NCBI GenBank assembly: GCA_026770705.1
Contig: JANJGN010001130.1
Span: 1-64,000, forward strand
Direction of reading: 5' to 3'
Source of the DNA: Isurus oxyrinchus
Lineage: Eukaryota
Length of the DNA: 64,000 bases
The notes under the pieces are model-generated. The model did no database searches, had not been told where the DNA came from, and saw only the letters and a list, made by a program, of their open reading frames with translations. Each line of letters opens with the position of its first letter. Positions within the stretch are counted from its first letter, which is position 1. Made by a program: the position numbers and the translations under genes. Shown piece after piece: positions 51,243 to 62,091 of the stretch.

Positions 51243-51309
51243 GACTATCAGTGTGTGGCAGAGAATGAACATGGAGCAGTGGAGGGGTTCATAACCATCA
51301 CTGTGGAAT
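51243..51309 (+). pseudogene. Gene C C2-set domain 2 remnant (3' 67 nt only)
   Basis: DYQCVAENEHGAVEGFITITVE|gtgagt; 5' part and native acceptor deleted. Confidence 0.85.
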
Positions 51310-51631
51310 GTGAGTGTGGAGATACATTTGTTTGTTTGTTGTCTCCGTGGTCTCCGTGGAGCCATTGGGATCGTGTTGTTTTTAATCCAGTTTTCTTCAA
51401 TCCTCGCTCAGTCCACGTTATCCACACACCCAATTTTTCCTCTCCCTTTCTGTTTTTGCTCTCAGTTTCTCCTTCAATGGTTGTCAGGACAAGGCTGTCA
51501 GGTCTTCGTTTCCAATCTCCGTACTTGATGAACTTTCTCTCTCTAACTGTCCTGAACAACCCTTTTAATTGCTGAACATCTCCTCTTGATCTAAGTCACT
51601 CATTGGTCTTTCTGTCCATCCAGCTGATTCT

Positions 51632-52700
51632 GAGCATCTGGCAGCATCTGTGGAGAGAAAGACAGGGTTAGCGTTTGGAGTCTGTATGACTCCTCTTCAG
51701 AGCTAAAGGGAAGTAGACATGTGGTGAAATATATCGTCTAAGGGGGGGGCGATGGGACAGGTGGAGCTGGATAGAAAACCAGCGATAGGTGGAGGCAATG
51801 GAGAGATTGTGGAAGATGTCATAAACAAAAGGTCAAAGGGTTGTTAACAGTGGTGGTATTGGATAAAGGAGGTGCTAATGGTGACATTAAGCAGAGTGTG
51901 ATAATGGGCGGACCAGGTTAAGCACTCTGGAAAGAGACAGATGGCCCTCGTGGGGGTGTGGCAGGGGAGGGGACGGTGGAGGGAATAAAGATCGAAAACA
52001 GACTAAAACCTGCGGATAAAACAATCAATAAAAATGGAAATGAATTTCAAATAATAATAATAAAAATAAGTGGAAAACAGTTAACAAATAAAACAAATAA
52101 AATGAATACATAAAAAAAGGGTTCAAAAAGCAGTGAAGATCGAGGAGAGAGTTCATGACCAGAAATTGTTGAATTCAATATTCAGTCGGGAAGGCTGTAA
52201 AGTGCCAGGTCGGAAGATGAGGTGTTGTTCCTCCAGTTTGTGTTGGGCTTCACTGGAACAATGCAGCAGGCCAAGGACGGACATGTGGGCATGAGAGCAG
52301 GGTGGGGTGTTAAAATGGCAAACGACAGGGAGGTCTGGGTCATGCTTGTGGACAGACCGAAGGTGTTCATCAGAGCGATCACCCAGTCTGTGTTTGGTCT
52401 GTCCCATGTAGAGGAGACCACATTGGGAGCAGTGAATGCAGTAGATTAAATTGAAGGAAGTGTACATGAAGCGCTGCTTCACCTGGAAGGAGTGTTTGGG
52501 TCATTGGACAGTGAGGGGGGAGGAAGTAAAGGGGCAGGTGTTGCACTTTCTGTAAATGCATGGGAAGATGTCATCGGAGAGGGTTGAGGTGCTAGGGGTG
52601 ATGGAGGAGGGGACCAGGGTGTCCTGGAGGGAATGATCCCTGTGGAATGCCAAAGGGGTGGGGGTGAAGGGAAGATGCTTTTGATGGTGGTCAGATTTTG
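51632..52700 (-). mobile_element. Penelope-like element (GIY-YIG endonuclease)
   Basis: ORF 52153-52482: IYCIHCSQCGLLYMGQTKHRLGDR..EHLRSV..PVVCHFN. Confidence 0.88.
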
Positions 52701-53480
52701 TCCGAAGGAGGTGAGAAATGAGGGAGGGAATTCCAGAGGTTAGGATCCAGGCAGCTGTAGGCACGGCCGCCAATGGTGGAGCGATAGGAATCGGGAGAAG
52801 GTCAAGAGGCTGGAATTGGAGGTGCACAGAGATCTCGGAGGGTTGTAGAGGCTGGAGGAGTTTACAGAGATAAGGAAGGTTGTAGGGGCTGGAGGAGGTT
52901 ACAGAGATAGGGAGGGTTGTAGGGGCTGGAGGAGGTTACTGAGATAGGGAGGTTGTAGGGGCTGGAGGAGGTTACAGAGATAGGGAGGGTTGTAGGGGCT
53001 GGAGGAGGTTACAGAGACAGGGACGGTTGTAGGGGCTGGATGAGGTTACAGAGATCGGAAGGGTTGAAGAGGCTGGAGGAGGTTACAGCGATAGGGAGAG
53101 TTATAGGGTCTGGAGGAGGTTACAGAGATAGGGAGGGTTGTAGGGGCTGGAGGACGTTACAGAGATAGGGAGGGTTGTAGGGGCTGGAGGATGTTACAGA
53201 GATAGGGAGGGTTGTAGGGGCTGGAGGAGGTATCAGAGATAGGGAGGGAGTAAGGAGGGATTTGAAACGATGTAAATTTTAAAATTGTGGCATTGCTGGA
53301 CCGGGAGCCAGTGTAGCTCAGTGACCAACAGGGAGTGATGTGTGAACGGGATTTGGTGTGAGTTTGGACATGGGGACAGCAGAGTTTGGGATGAGCTGAT
53401 GTTTCCGGAGAGTGGAAGATGGGAGGTCGGGCAGGAGAGTGTTGAGATAATTGAGTGCGGAGGTAACAAAGGCAGGAATG
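52700..53480 (-). mobile_element. L2-type LINE 3' fragment with an expanded ~37-bp tandem repeat (52840-53245)
   Basis: LHWLPVQQ motif; ggagggttgtaggggctggaggaggttacagagata units. Confidence 0.75.
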
Positions 53481-53558
53481 AGTGTTTCAGTGTGAAGATT
53501 CTATCTTACGCTCTAACTTTGCTATGACGTTGTCTCATTGTTGTCCTTCCCTCCTCAG

Positions 53559-53852
53559 ATAAGCCGGAGATTTCCCAGCAGTCGGAGTGCACTTGGAGGT
53601 CAGAGGGGGTCACCTGCGTCTGTGTGGCCAACTCCAACCCACCCGGAGACCTCACCTGGCACCTGCCCAGTGCCAACATCAGTGGTAACCAAACACACGG
53701 AGGTTTTGTGTCGTGGCAGGTCAGAGATGGGCATCTGGTGACTGGTTCCCTCACCCTGATGAGACCCCAGGATGAGGGGGGAGTGATTGCATCCTGCTCG
53801 GTTCAAAACCCACACGGGGAAGACATGTTCAAGGAGTATCTGTGGGTCAAAG
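53559..53852 (+). CDS. Gene C membrane-proximal C2-set exon (MAG-Ig5/Siglec-5-like)
   Basis: ctcctcag|..|gtgaga, 294 nt, phase 1-1; KPEISQQSECTWRSEGVTCVCVANSNPP..ASCSVQNPHG. Confidence 0.92.
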
Positions 53853-54199
53853 GTGAGAACTCGCTCAGGATCGATCTCCACTCAGCTGGATTGATCCCTA
53901 AACTCGAGAATTCCCTCCCTCAACCTCTCCACCTCTCTCTCTACCTCCTCTAAGATGCTCTTTACAACTGACCCCTTTGACCAAGCTTTGAATCACCTGA
54001 CCTCATGTGACAATGGCAACACTTGGTCAAATTGGAGCCAGGCCGTTCAGGGGGTGATGTCAGGAAGCACTTCTTCACACAAAGGGGAGTGGAAATCTGG
54101 AACCCTCTCCCCCAGATAAGCTGCTTGATTGGGTGCAAGACAGAAAGCTTTGACAAAATGTCCTTTCTCAGCAATACTCAGGTTCTCCTCCCAAACGAT

Positions 54200-54785
54200 G
54201 AAATATTATATATAAATATTACATAGATTACATCGAGAAAAATTATATATAAATGTTACATAGATTACGTTGATAAATATTATATATAAATGTTACATGG
54301 ATTACATTGATAAATATTATATATAAATGTTACATCGATTGCATCGAGAAACATTTTATATAAATGTTACATAGATTACATTGATAAATATATATAAATG
54401 TTACATATATTACATTGATAAATATTATATATAAATGTTACATGGATTAAATCAAGAAATATTATATATAAATATTACAGAGATTAAATGGATAAAAATT
54501 ATATATAAATGTTACATAGATTAAATTGATAAATATATATAAATGTTACATATATTACATTGATAAATATTATATATAAATGTTACATATATTACATTGA
54601 TAAATATTATATATAAATGTTACATGGATTAAATCGAGAAACATTATATATAAATATTACAGAGATTAAATGGATAAAAATTATATAGAAATGTTACATA
54701 GATTATATTGATAAATATTATAAATTTATGCTATAGGGATCACATTGATAAATATTATATATAAATGTTACATGGATTAAATCGA
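54200..54785. repeat. AT-rich ~35-37-bp minisatellite
   Basis: ataaatgttacatagattacattgataaatattatat units. Confidence 0.92.
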
Positions 54786-55316
54786 AAAATAAGACTTGCG
54801 TTGATAAAATACTTAGGAATTCCCAAAACGCTCGATAACCAGTGAAGCAGTTTCAAAGTGAGCTCACTGTCATCATGTAGGAAACGCAACAGCTGATTTG
54901 TGCACAGCAAGATCCCACAAACAACAGCGTGAAATTGAGGTGATAATTGATTATTTTAGGGAGATTAGTTGATACATATATATAGAAATTACATATATAA
55001 TATGGGTCACTAATTATCTTAAGGGAGGGAAACCTGTCCATTTTAACAGGTCTGGGTGTATATGTGACTCCAGTCTCAAACACCAACATGGTTAACTCTT
55101 ACCTGCCCTCTGAACTGGTCTCCCAATTTGGGACAAACCAGTGGTTCAGGAGGAAGACCCCCCACCACCATCTCAAGGGGAAACTAGGGATGGACAATAA
55201 ATGTCAGCATTGCCCGAGAATGAGTATTTAAACACTGAGTGAGTGTATCGCTTCTCGAGATACATCGGAGCATCATTGTAAACCTGTAGTGCAGTAATTA
55301 ATGGCTGTTTTTACAG

Positions 55317-55413
55317 GTAGAGACTCCAGTAAATGGACAGTAGAATTGTTCACGGCTGGGATCATGTTGAGTGTTTCCCTGGCTGGAATCTTCATCTTCA
55401 TCTGTGTGAGAAA
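55317..55413 (+). CDS. Gene C transmembrane exon (GRDSSKWTVELFTAGIMLSVSLAGIFIFICVRK)
   Basis: ttacag|..|gtaagt, 97 nt, phase 1-2. Confidence 0.92.
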
Positions 55414-56100
55414 GTAAGTTTGAAGACTTAACTTGATTTTAATATAAACATTTGTTTAGGACTAATTGGACAGTTTTTACAAAGGGCCAGCACAGGCACG
55501 ATGGGCTGAGTGGCTTCCTCCTGAGCTGTGAGATTTTAAATTCTTTCAACGAATGTAACTGTCACTGGTGAGGCCGTTATTAAATTGCCCATCTCTAATT
55601 GCCCCTTGAGAAGATGGTGGTGAGCTGCCTTCTTGACCCGCTGCAGTCCATGTGGTGTAGGTACACCCACAGTGCTGTTAGAGAGGGAGTTCCAGGATTT
55701 TAACCCAGCGACAGTGAAGGAACGGTGATATATTTCCAAGTCAGGATGGTGAGTGACTTGGAGGGGAACTTCCAGGTGGTGGTGTTCCCATGTGTCTGCT
55801 GCCCTTGTCCTTCTAGATGGTAGAGGTCGTGGGTTTGGAAGGAGCTGTCAAAGGAGCCTTGCTGATTTGCTGCAGTGCATCTTGTAGATGGTACACACAC
55901 TGCTGCCACTGTGTGTTCGTGGTGGAGGGAGTGAATGTTTAATGTGGTGGATGGGGTGTCGATCAATCGGGCTGCTTTGTGCAGAACTGATTTAAAGAGA
56001 CAGTCCCAGTTGTTGGTGTAAGGTTACAGTGGGCTCTGTGTCTGTGCTGCACTGACTCTCTGCTATGTGATAACCACAGTGTGATATTGTGTTATTGCAG

Positions 56101-56182
56101 GAGAAAGACAGCGACGGAGGAGAGAGTTTCAGGGACCAGTGACATTGCATTGACCCCCAGTTCACTCTCTGTGAAGCACCAG
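56101..56182 (+). CDS. Gene C cytoplasmic exon 1 (KRKTATEERVSGTSDIALTPSSLSVKHQ)
   Basis: ttgcag|..|gtacag, 82 nt, phase 2-0; bridges the TM and the last exon in frame. Confidence 0.85.
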
Positions 56183-56321
56183 GTACAGGAACTGTTTACA
56201 CTCACTCCAAAGCTTCAATCTCAGTGTGTAGACAACATGTGTCCCAGATTCCCTGCCCAGTTACCCACTGATTTGTACCTGTGGAGTCAGCAATGGTTCA
56301 GTATCATGCTGTCTCTCTGTT

Positions 56322-57030
56322 AGGACACAGCAACTGGTAAAGGCTGTTGTTTAAAATCCCAGAGGGAAACTTTAAACAACTGTCATAACCTATATTTCCC
56401 AGTGGAACGTTTGAGATGCAGCTCTAAATTCAGGAATAAGACCACCAGTTCTCGAGATGGTTTTATATCAATCTACATGAGACATTTATTAATTTACACA
56501 AGTTAAACATATGCACATGGCTAAAAACTAGTATTATCATAACTTTTTAACAAATTCCCAAACTAATCTCCTCTAAGACAACACATAGACTTTAAGCAGA
56601 TTCCAGCAAAGCATTTTCACCTCACAAATTCCAAATGAGGTTCCTTTCACTTTGGTTCCTTTGCAGACAGGTGTAGGCTTACAGCTGCTTTGATGTTACA
56701 AGCCTCTGCTCTGCACACACAAAACTGCTCAAGTTATACCCAGCTCTTCTCTTTGAATGTAAATTCTCATTGAATCATCAGGACCTTTGAACTCCACCCT
56801 TCATCGTATCAATTTTATTCGTAATATAAACATTGATTCGTTTAAGATTTCACTTTCAGACATTGAATGCTCTGTTTAAAAATGCAAATTACCCCTTTAC
56901 CTCTTTGTTTACATCTCAAAACTACTTGACATCAAAGTACCCAGACTGGCTGGCTTTAATCCAATTAAAACACACACACACACCCACAGACTAAATCCCT
57001 GTTTAAAAAGACAATTTCCACTTACATTAC
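56322..57030. mobile_element. Solo-LTR-like repeat, same family as 60135-60963
   Basis: Shared gacacagc..ggtaaaggctg..aaatcccagagggaaa..aacaactgtc and gctggctttaatccaattaa. Confidence 0.6.
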
Positions 57031-57396
57031 ATACATTAATAGATTAATAACACCCTATCTCTATCCCTTTCTCTCTTTCTCTTCCCTCTCATCCTCTCTC
57101 TGATTACAAGGTTCTTGTTAATGAGCCTCACGTCAGGCACCTGAGTGCAGAATCCAAGCCGGCACTCACCAGAGCCATTACCGAGGGAGTGCGAGACTGA
57201 CAGAGGGTCAGTCCTGAGGGAGTGCTGCGCTGTCGGGGATCAGTACTGAGGGAGTAGTTGGTTTCTTTTATATGATATGAGAGAGACAGTAAAAGCAACT
57301 GAGACACGACTGACAGTAACGAGGCTGCACAATAATTTAACTCTATCAGCGCCAGTAAATGATGTGAGGATGTCTTCTGTTTCCATTTCTCTGTAG

Positions 57397-57645
57397 GGTA
57401 AACAGAACGTGCTGATTACTGAGCCCCGGAACACAACCAGAGACACAACTAGCGAGGGGGAGACCCCAGTTCCCCGGGGTCTCTCTGAAGGTGCAGTGGG
57501 AGGTGATGCTGGACATGGGAACCCTGACAATCCCGCCGAGCTTCTCTACGCCAATCCCCAAGTCTTCAGGGTGCCCAGTGGTGATGGGTCTGTCCACAGG
57601 GAAGAGGAGACGGAATACGCACAGATCAGATTCAAGCGAAACTGA
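57397..57645 (+). CDS. Gene C terminal exon with degenerate ITIM (ELLYANP) and ITSM (TEYAQI)
   Basis: ctgtag| phase 0; TEYAQIRFKRN*; AATAAA 58227-58232. Confidence 0.92.
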   Translation, partial: GKQNVLITEPRNTTRDTTSEGETPVPRGLSEGAVGGDAGHGNPDNPAELLYANPQVFRVPSGDGSVHREEETEYAQIRFKRN

Positions 57646-59419
57646 GTGTGAAACGGGGAGAGGGGGTGAGGAGGTTTGTGGATGGGGGCAGGGATTGTGA
57701 TTCCTTGAAACATGAGACAACCCACTGGGGGAGAGGGGGAGAGAGGGAGGAAGGGACTGAATGGGTCTGTGGTTGGTGTGGTTTGGAATGAAACGTTTCC
57801 CCAGAGACGACTTGATGCTGAGTCATTGGGGACAGAGATTCAGTGTCTCTCTCTCTCCCAGTCTGTCTCTCTATCTCTCTCTCCTTCTCTGTCTGTCTCT
57901 CTCTCTCTCTCTGTCTCTCTCTCCTTCTTTGTCTCTCTCTCTCTGTCTCTCTCCCTCTGCATCTCTGTCTATCTCTCTCCTCCTTTAACATGGTCCTTAT
58001 TAACTGGCTTTGTTAACTCAGCTTTTTGTCACCTGTCCCTTATATCTCATTATTTGTCTCAGAGATGGATTTATATGTGGTTAACAATCCCCTGAAGAGC
58101 TTTGGGACAGTTTGCTACTTTAAGTGTGCTATATAAATGCAAGTTGTTTTAGTAACGTTGATCTGCCTCGATTCAGAATGGAAACACGGAGAATCCTTCG
58201 ACAGGGCATGTGTGCAACAGGCTCACAATAAATGCATTGCACGGCAACAACTAAGCATGTCCTTTGATGCTGATGCATCCCAGTCCTGCTGTGTGGACAC
58301 ATCACAACCGAGGGACTGCCTGACTGCATGCAGCCAACATGGCCGAATAGTAATTAGCAGAAATGTGACATCACTGAACCTTGTTAACATTTCAGAATGT
58401 GCTTTCTGAATTCTGCATCTTGTTTATTCTGTGATAGATTACAAGAAGCTTTTGCATTTTCTATAATATTACATTTATTGTCACAAGGGATTGAAATGCC
58501 CAGACAACTCTGTACAGATATATTTTTATTAAACATCTTACTCTAGGACAACCTTCCTGCTCCAATCTGTTAATTCATGTCATTGCATTTCCCCACCAAA
58601 TTATGAAAAATTCCTGTGTCCACATTTATCATGAAAATTTCCCATGTAAACATGTCACACTGTACTTACACTCTCTTGCCAGTGGTGGTGCTGTAAGCAC
58701 ACCAAGTACTTTCTCAGCGATTGCAGCACATCTCCCATTTGTCTTTACAATATTATTAAGATACAGGGAATGGGGACAATCTTCACCCTGTGGTTACGAT
58801 GTTGTTAAGACAGAGAGCTGGTGAAACCTCCCCCCCCCTCCTGAGGCAGCATCTGTTCTGGCTGTGAGACCCCCACACTTATCCCACGCCCCCTGTTCAT
58901 TTCTCCATCCCTGCTCTAACTTAGCGCTTTTGGACATGAAGGGCGGGGCCCACAGGAAAGTGTGGAAGGGCTGCCCATCGCAGCTGGAACAAGGAACCTG
59001 GCAGGTCTCCCAGGATAGAATGGCGGAGTGGGGGAGGGGGAGCAGTGGGGTCAATATCCACACCCTCCAGGAGGGCAGCATCACTCATCAGGGAAACGCA
59101 GGGCCGAATGCCCCTCCACCCGAAACGCTGTCCACCATGATTTCAACGTCCTTCACCGGAAGCCTTTTGAAGGTTGCCGTGGCCAGATTTCAATCGGCCC
59201 CTGGGTCACCATTGGTCCAAGCAGTCACTAAGCACCCACCTCTGCCCGCCCCTTTGCACTCATTCTGCAGCCACATCTTATGCTGGCAGGCCTTAATTAG
59301 CCCGGCCGCGTAAAATCGCAGCGCAGAGCTGATCGCAGGCGATAGTCGGATTCCTCACCGCCCCCAGCCCTGTGCACCCCTGCCGAGGGCAAAAATCTGA
59401 CCTGAAGGATCCCAGCAGA

Positions 59420-61420
59420 ATAATAAAGAGGCAGAAATGATAATATGAGAGTAAACTAGCAAGAACCATAAACAATGACAGTGAGATGTTGTACATTAAA
59501 ATAAGAGAGAAGCTACAGTAATAATGGGACACATAGAAAATCAGACTGGGGAATTAATAATGGGAAACAAGGAAATGATAGAGACTGTCAACAAGAATTT
59601 TGTGTCTGTCTTCACAGTAAAAATCTCTAAAACCATCCCAATAGCAGGAGAAAGTCACGGTGCAACAAGGAGGGAGGAACATAAAACAATCACTATCACC
59701 AGAGAAAAAGTATTAAGAAAACTAATGAGACAAATGCTGACAAGTCCCATGGAGCAGACGGCCTGAATGTGAGGGTCTGAAAGGAAATGGCTGCAGAGAC
59801 GGTGGATGCATTGGATGTAATCTTCCAGAATTCCTTAGATTATGGGAAGGTCCCAGCGGATTGGAAAAACATAAATGAAACACTTCTGTTCAATAAAGGG
59901 AGGAGGCAGAAAGCAAGAAACTACAGGTCAGTTAGTCTAATATCTGTCATTGGGAAAATACCAGAATTCATTATGAAGGAGGGAGCAGCAGGACATTTAG
60001 AAAACCATAATTCAATCAGAGTCAACATGAGCTTGTGAAAGGGATATCATGTTTGAAAAAATTATTAGATTTCCTCGAGGATGTAACAAGTGGATTGGAT
60101 AAAGGGGAACCTGTAGATGTGGTGTATTAGGGACTATGACACAGCCAAGGGTAAAGGCTGAGTTGTTCAAATCCCAGAGGGAAAATTGAAACAACTGTCG
60201 TAACCCAATTTTGCTGTTTGTAATTTCGAGATGAAGACTTTGAATTCCGTAGGATTAAGACCACGGAGGATTGTGGGTTTTTTTTATATAAAACTAAATG
60301 AACCATTTATTAATTTAACAACAAAATTAACACATACACATTGGCTACAAATAACTACTATAATAACTTTTTAACAAATCCCCAAATTAATCAACCCCAC
60401 GTAAATCTCTACTAAGACAACAATGAACCATTGACATAATATAGACACCAGGCAAAGCACATTTGACATTACGAATTCCGAATGAGGTTCCTTTGCAAGT
60501 TGGTTGGAGGCTACAGGCTGGTTCGGTCTGAAATGCTCCTGCCTCACACACACAAACTCCTTCCTTTATATAGCTAGCTTTCCCTTTGAATGTAAATTTT
60601 CCATTGTATCGCTCGGACTTCTGAACTCCAGCTCTTCGAACAATAAAACCCCCTTTCATAGCACCAATTTCATTAGTAAGTTCAAGAAAAAACACATCTT
60701 TTGGCTCCTTCTAACTAGGTGCAAGATTTTACCCCCTGTCTGGAATGGTTTATTCAACAATTGCAAATGAACACTTTACTGTTCTCCTCACAATTCACCC
60801 AATTAACATCTCAAAACTACTAAACATCAAAGCACACAGACCAGCTGGCTTTAATCCAATTAAGACACACACAGACACACACCTATACATGGACCACCAC
60901 TAGAATTCTATTTGAAGATATTATTTCCAAGCACATGTTACACACAAATATATCTTCATGACATTGCATTTCCAAAAGGCATTCGATAAGTTGCCACATC
61001 AAAGGATACTGCACAGGGTGAAATTGGATGGTGTTGGGGGTATATATTAATACGGATAGAGGACTGGCTAACTGACAGGAAACAGAGAGCCAGGATAAAT
61101 GGGTGATTTTCAGCTTGGTAAACTGTAACTAGTGGAGAGCTGCAGGGATCAGTGCTGAGGACTCAACTATTCACAATCGACATTAGTGACTTTGATGAAG
61201 AGACTGACTTTACTGTCGGCAGATTTTCTGACTGTGTGGTGAAGGTAGGTAGGAAATATATAAGCTGGGCAGGAAAGCTAGTTCTGAGGAGGACACAAAG
61301 AGGCTGCAGAGGGAGATAAATAGTTTCCATGAGTGGATAGAAAGTGAGCGGATGGAATATAAGGAATGAAAATGTCAGGGTGTCCAGCTGATCCTACTCA
61401 TTCTGTTCTTATATTCTTAT
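59420..61420 (+). mobile_element. Decayed CR1 LINE interrupted by an LTR-like insert (~60135-60963)
   Basis: IFQNSLDYGKVPADWK..NYRSVSLISVIGK; the gtggtgtatt/ttccaaaaggcattcgataag halves flank the insert. Confidence 0.85.
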
Positions 61421-61474
61421 ACAGACACAGGGTTTGCTAACAGTGCACAGCAAAGTGCTGTTCTGTCACTTTGT

Positions 61475-61618
61475 TCCAACTTCCTCATTTTGACTCACAG
61501 AGACACATCAACCCTTTCTAATTAACTACACAGAGGGAGCAGCACAGGAAGAGGTCATTCAGCCCAAGCAGAGCGTGTGGGCAGTTCCTCCCCAGGCGAG
61601 CAGTCGGACAGGTCCTGG
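61475..61618 (+). promoter_or_regulatory. Gene D promoter and non-coding exon 1
   Basis: PU.1-type 61478-61490 plus AP-1 61491-61497; donor at 61619. Confidence 0.7.
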
Positions 61619-62051
61619 GTAAGTAACGGAACGATTGGAATTCACTTCCACCACCAACACCGTCCTTTGTTGATGTTGTGACTTTATAAAGACAGATTCC
61701 AATGATCGATGCCTTTGAAAGATTTCTACTGATTATTGAGATCTGGGTGTGAGGCTCAAGTCTGTTGTACAGAACATCGTTCTAGCTCAAGAGATATGAG
61801 CTTGGGGACATCCTGAGGTGGTGAAAGGTGCTATAGAAATGCAAGACCTTCATTGTTTTTCTTTCTGAAAGCATTGTAACTCTCTGCAGAGCACCTATCA
61901 TCCCACAAAGAATCAAATTATTCTGTGAAGATATTGTCTAAAAGCAGTTCTGATCTCTCGAGAGCATTCGGACAAGAGGTGAGGTCTCATTAACTCCTTT
62001 CTCTTTCAGAACTTCAGAGTTAGAAGCTGAGGAAATATCTGGGAGTGGACG

Positions 62052-62091
62052 ATGATCGGGAAATCTTACTTCCTCCTGTCACTTCTCCAAG
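62052..62091 (+). CDS. Gene D signal-peptide exon (MIGKSYFLLSLLQ); any remaining exons lie beyond the window
   Basis: tttcag|62010, ATG 62052, phase-1 donor. Confidence 0.85.

Noticed and set aside
10126-57645. Assigning gene symbols (MAG, CD22, CD33, SIGLEC14/15)
   Set aside because: Domain number and tails do not fit one-to-one orthology; a phylogeny is required
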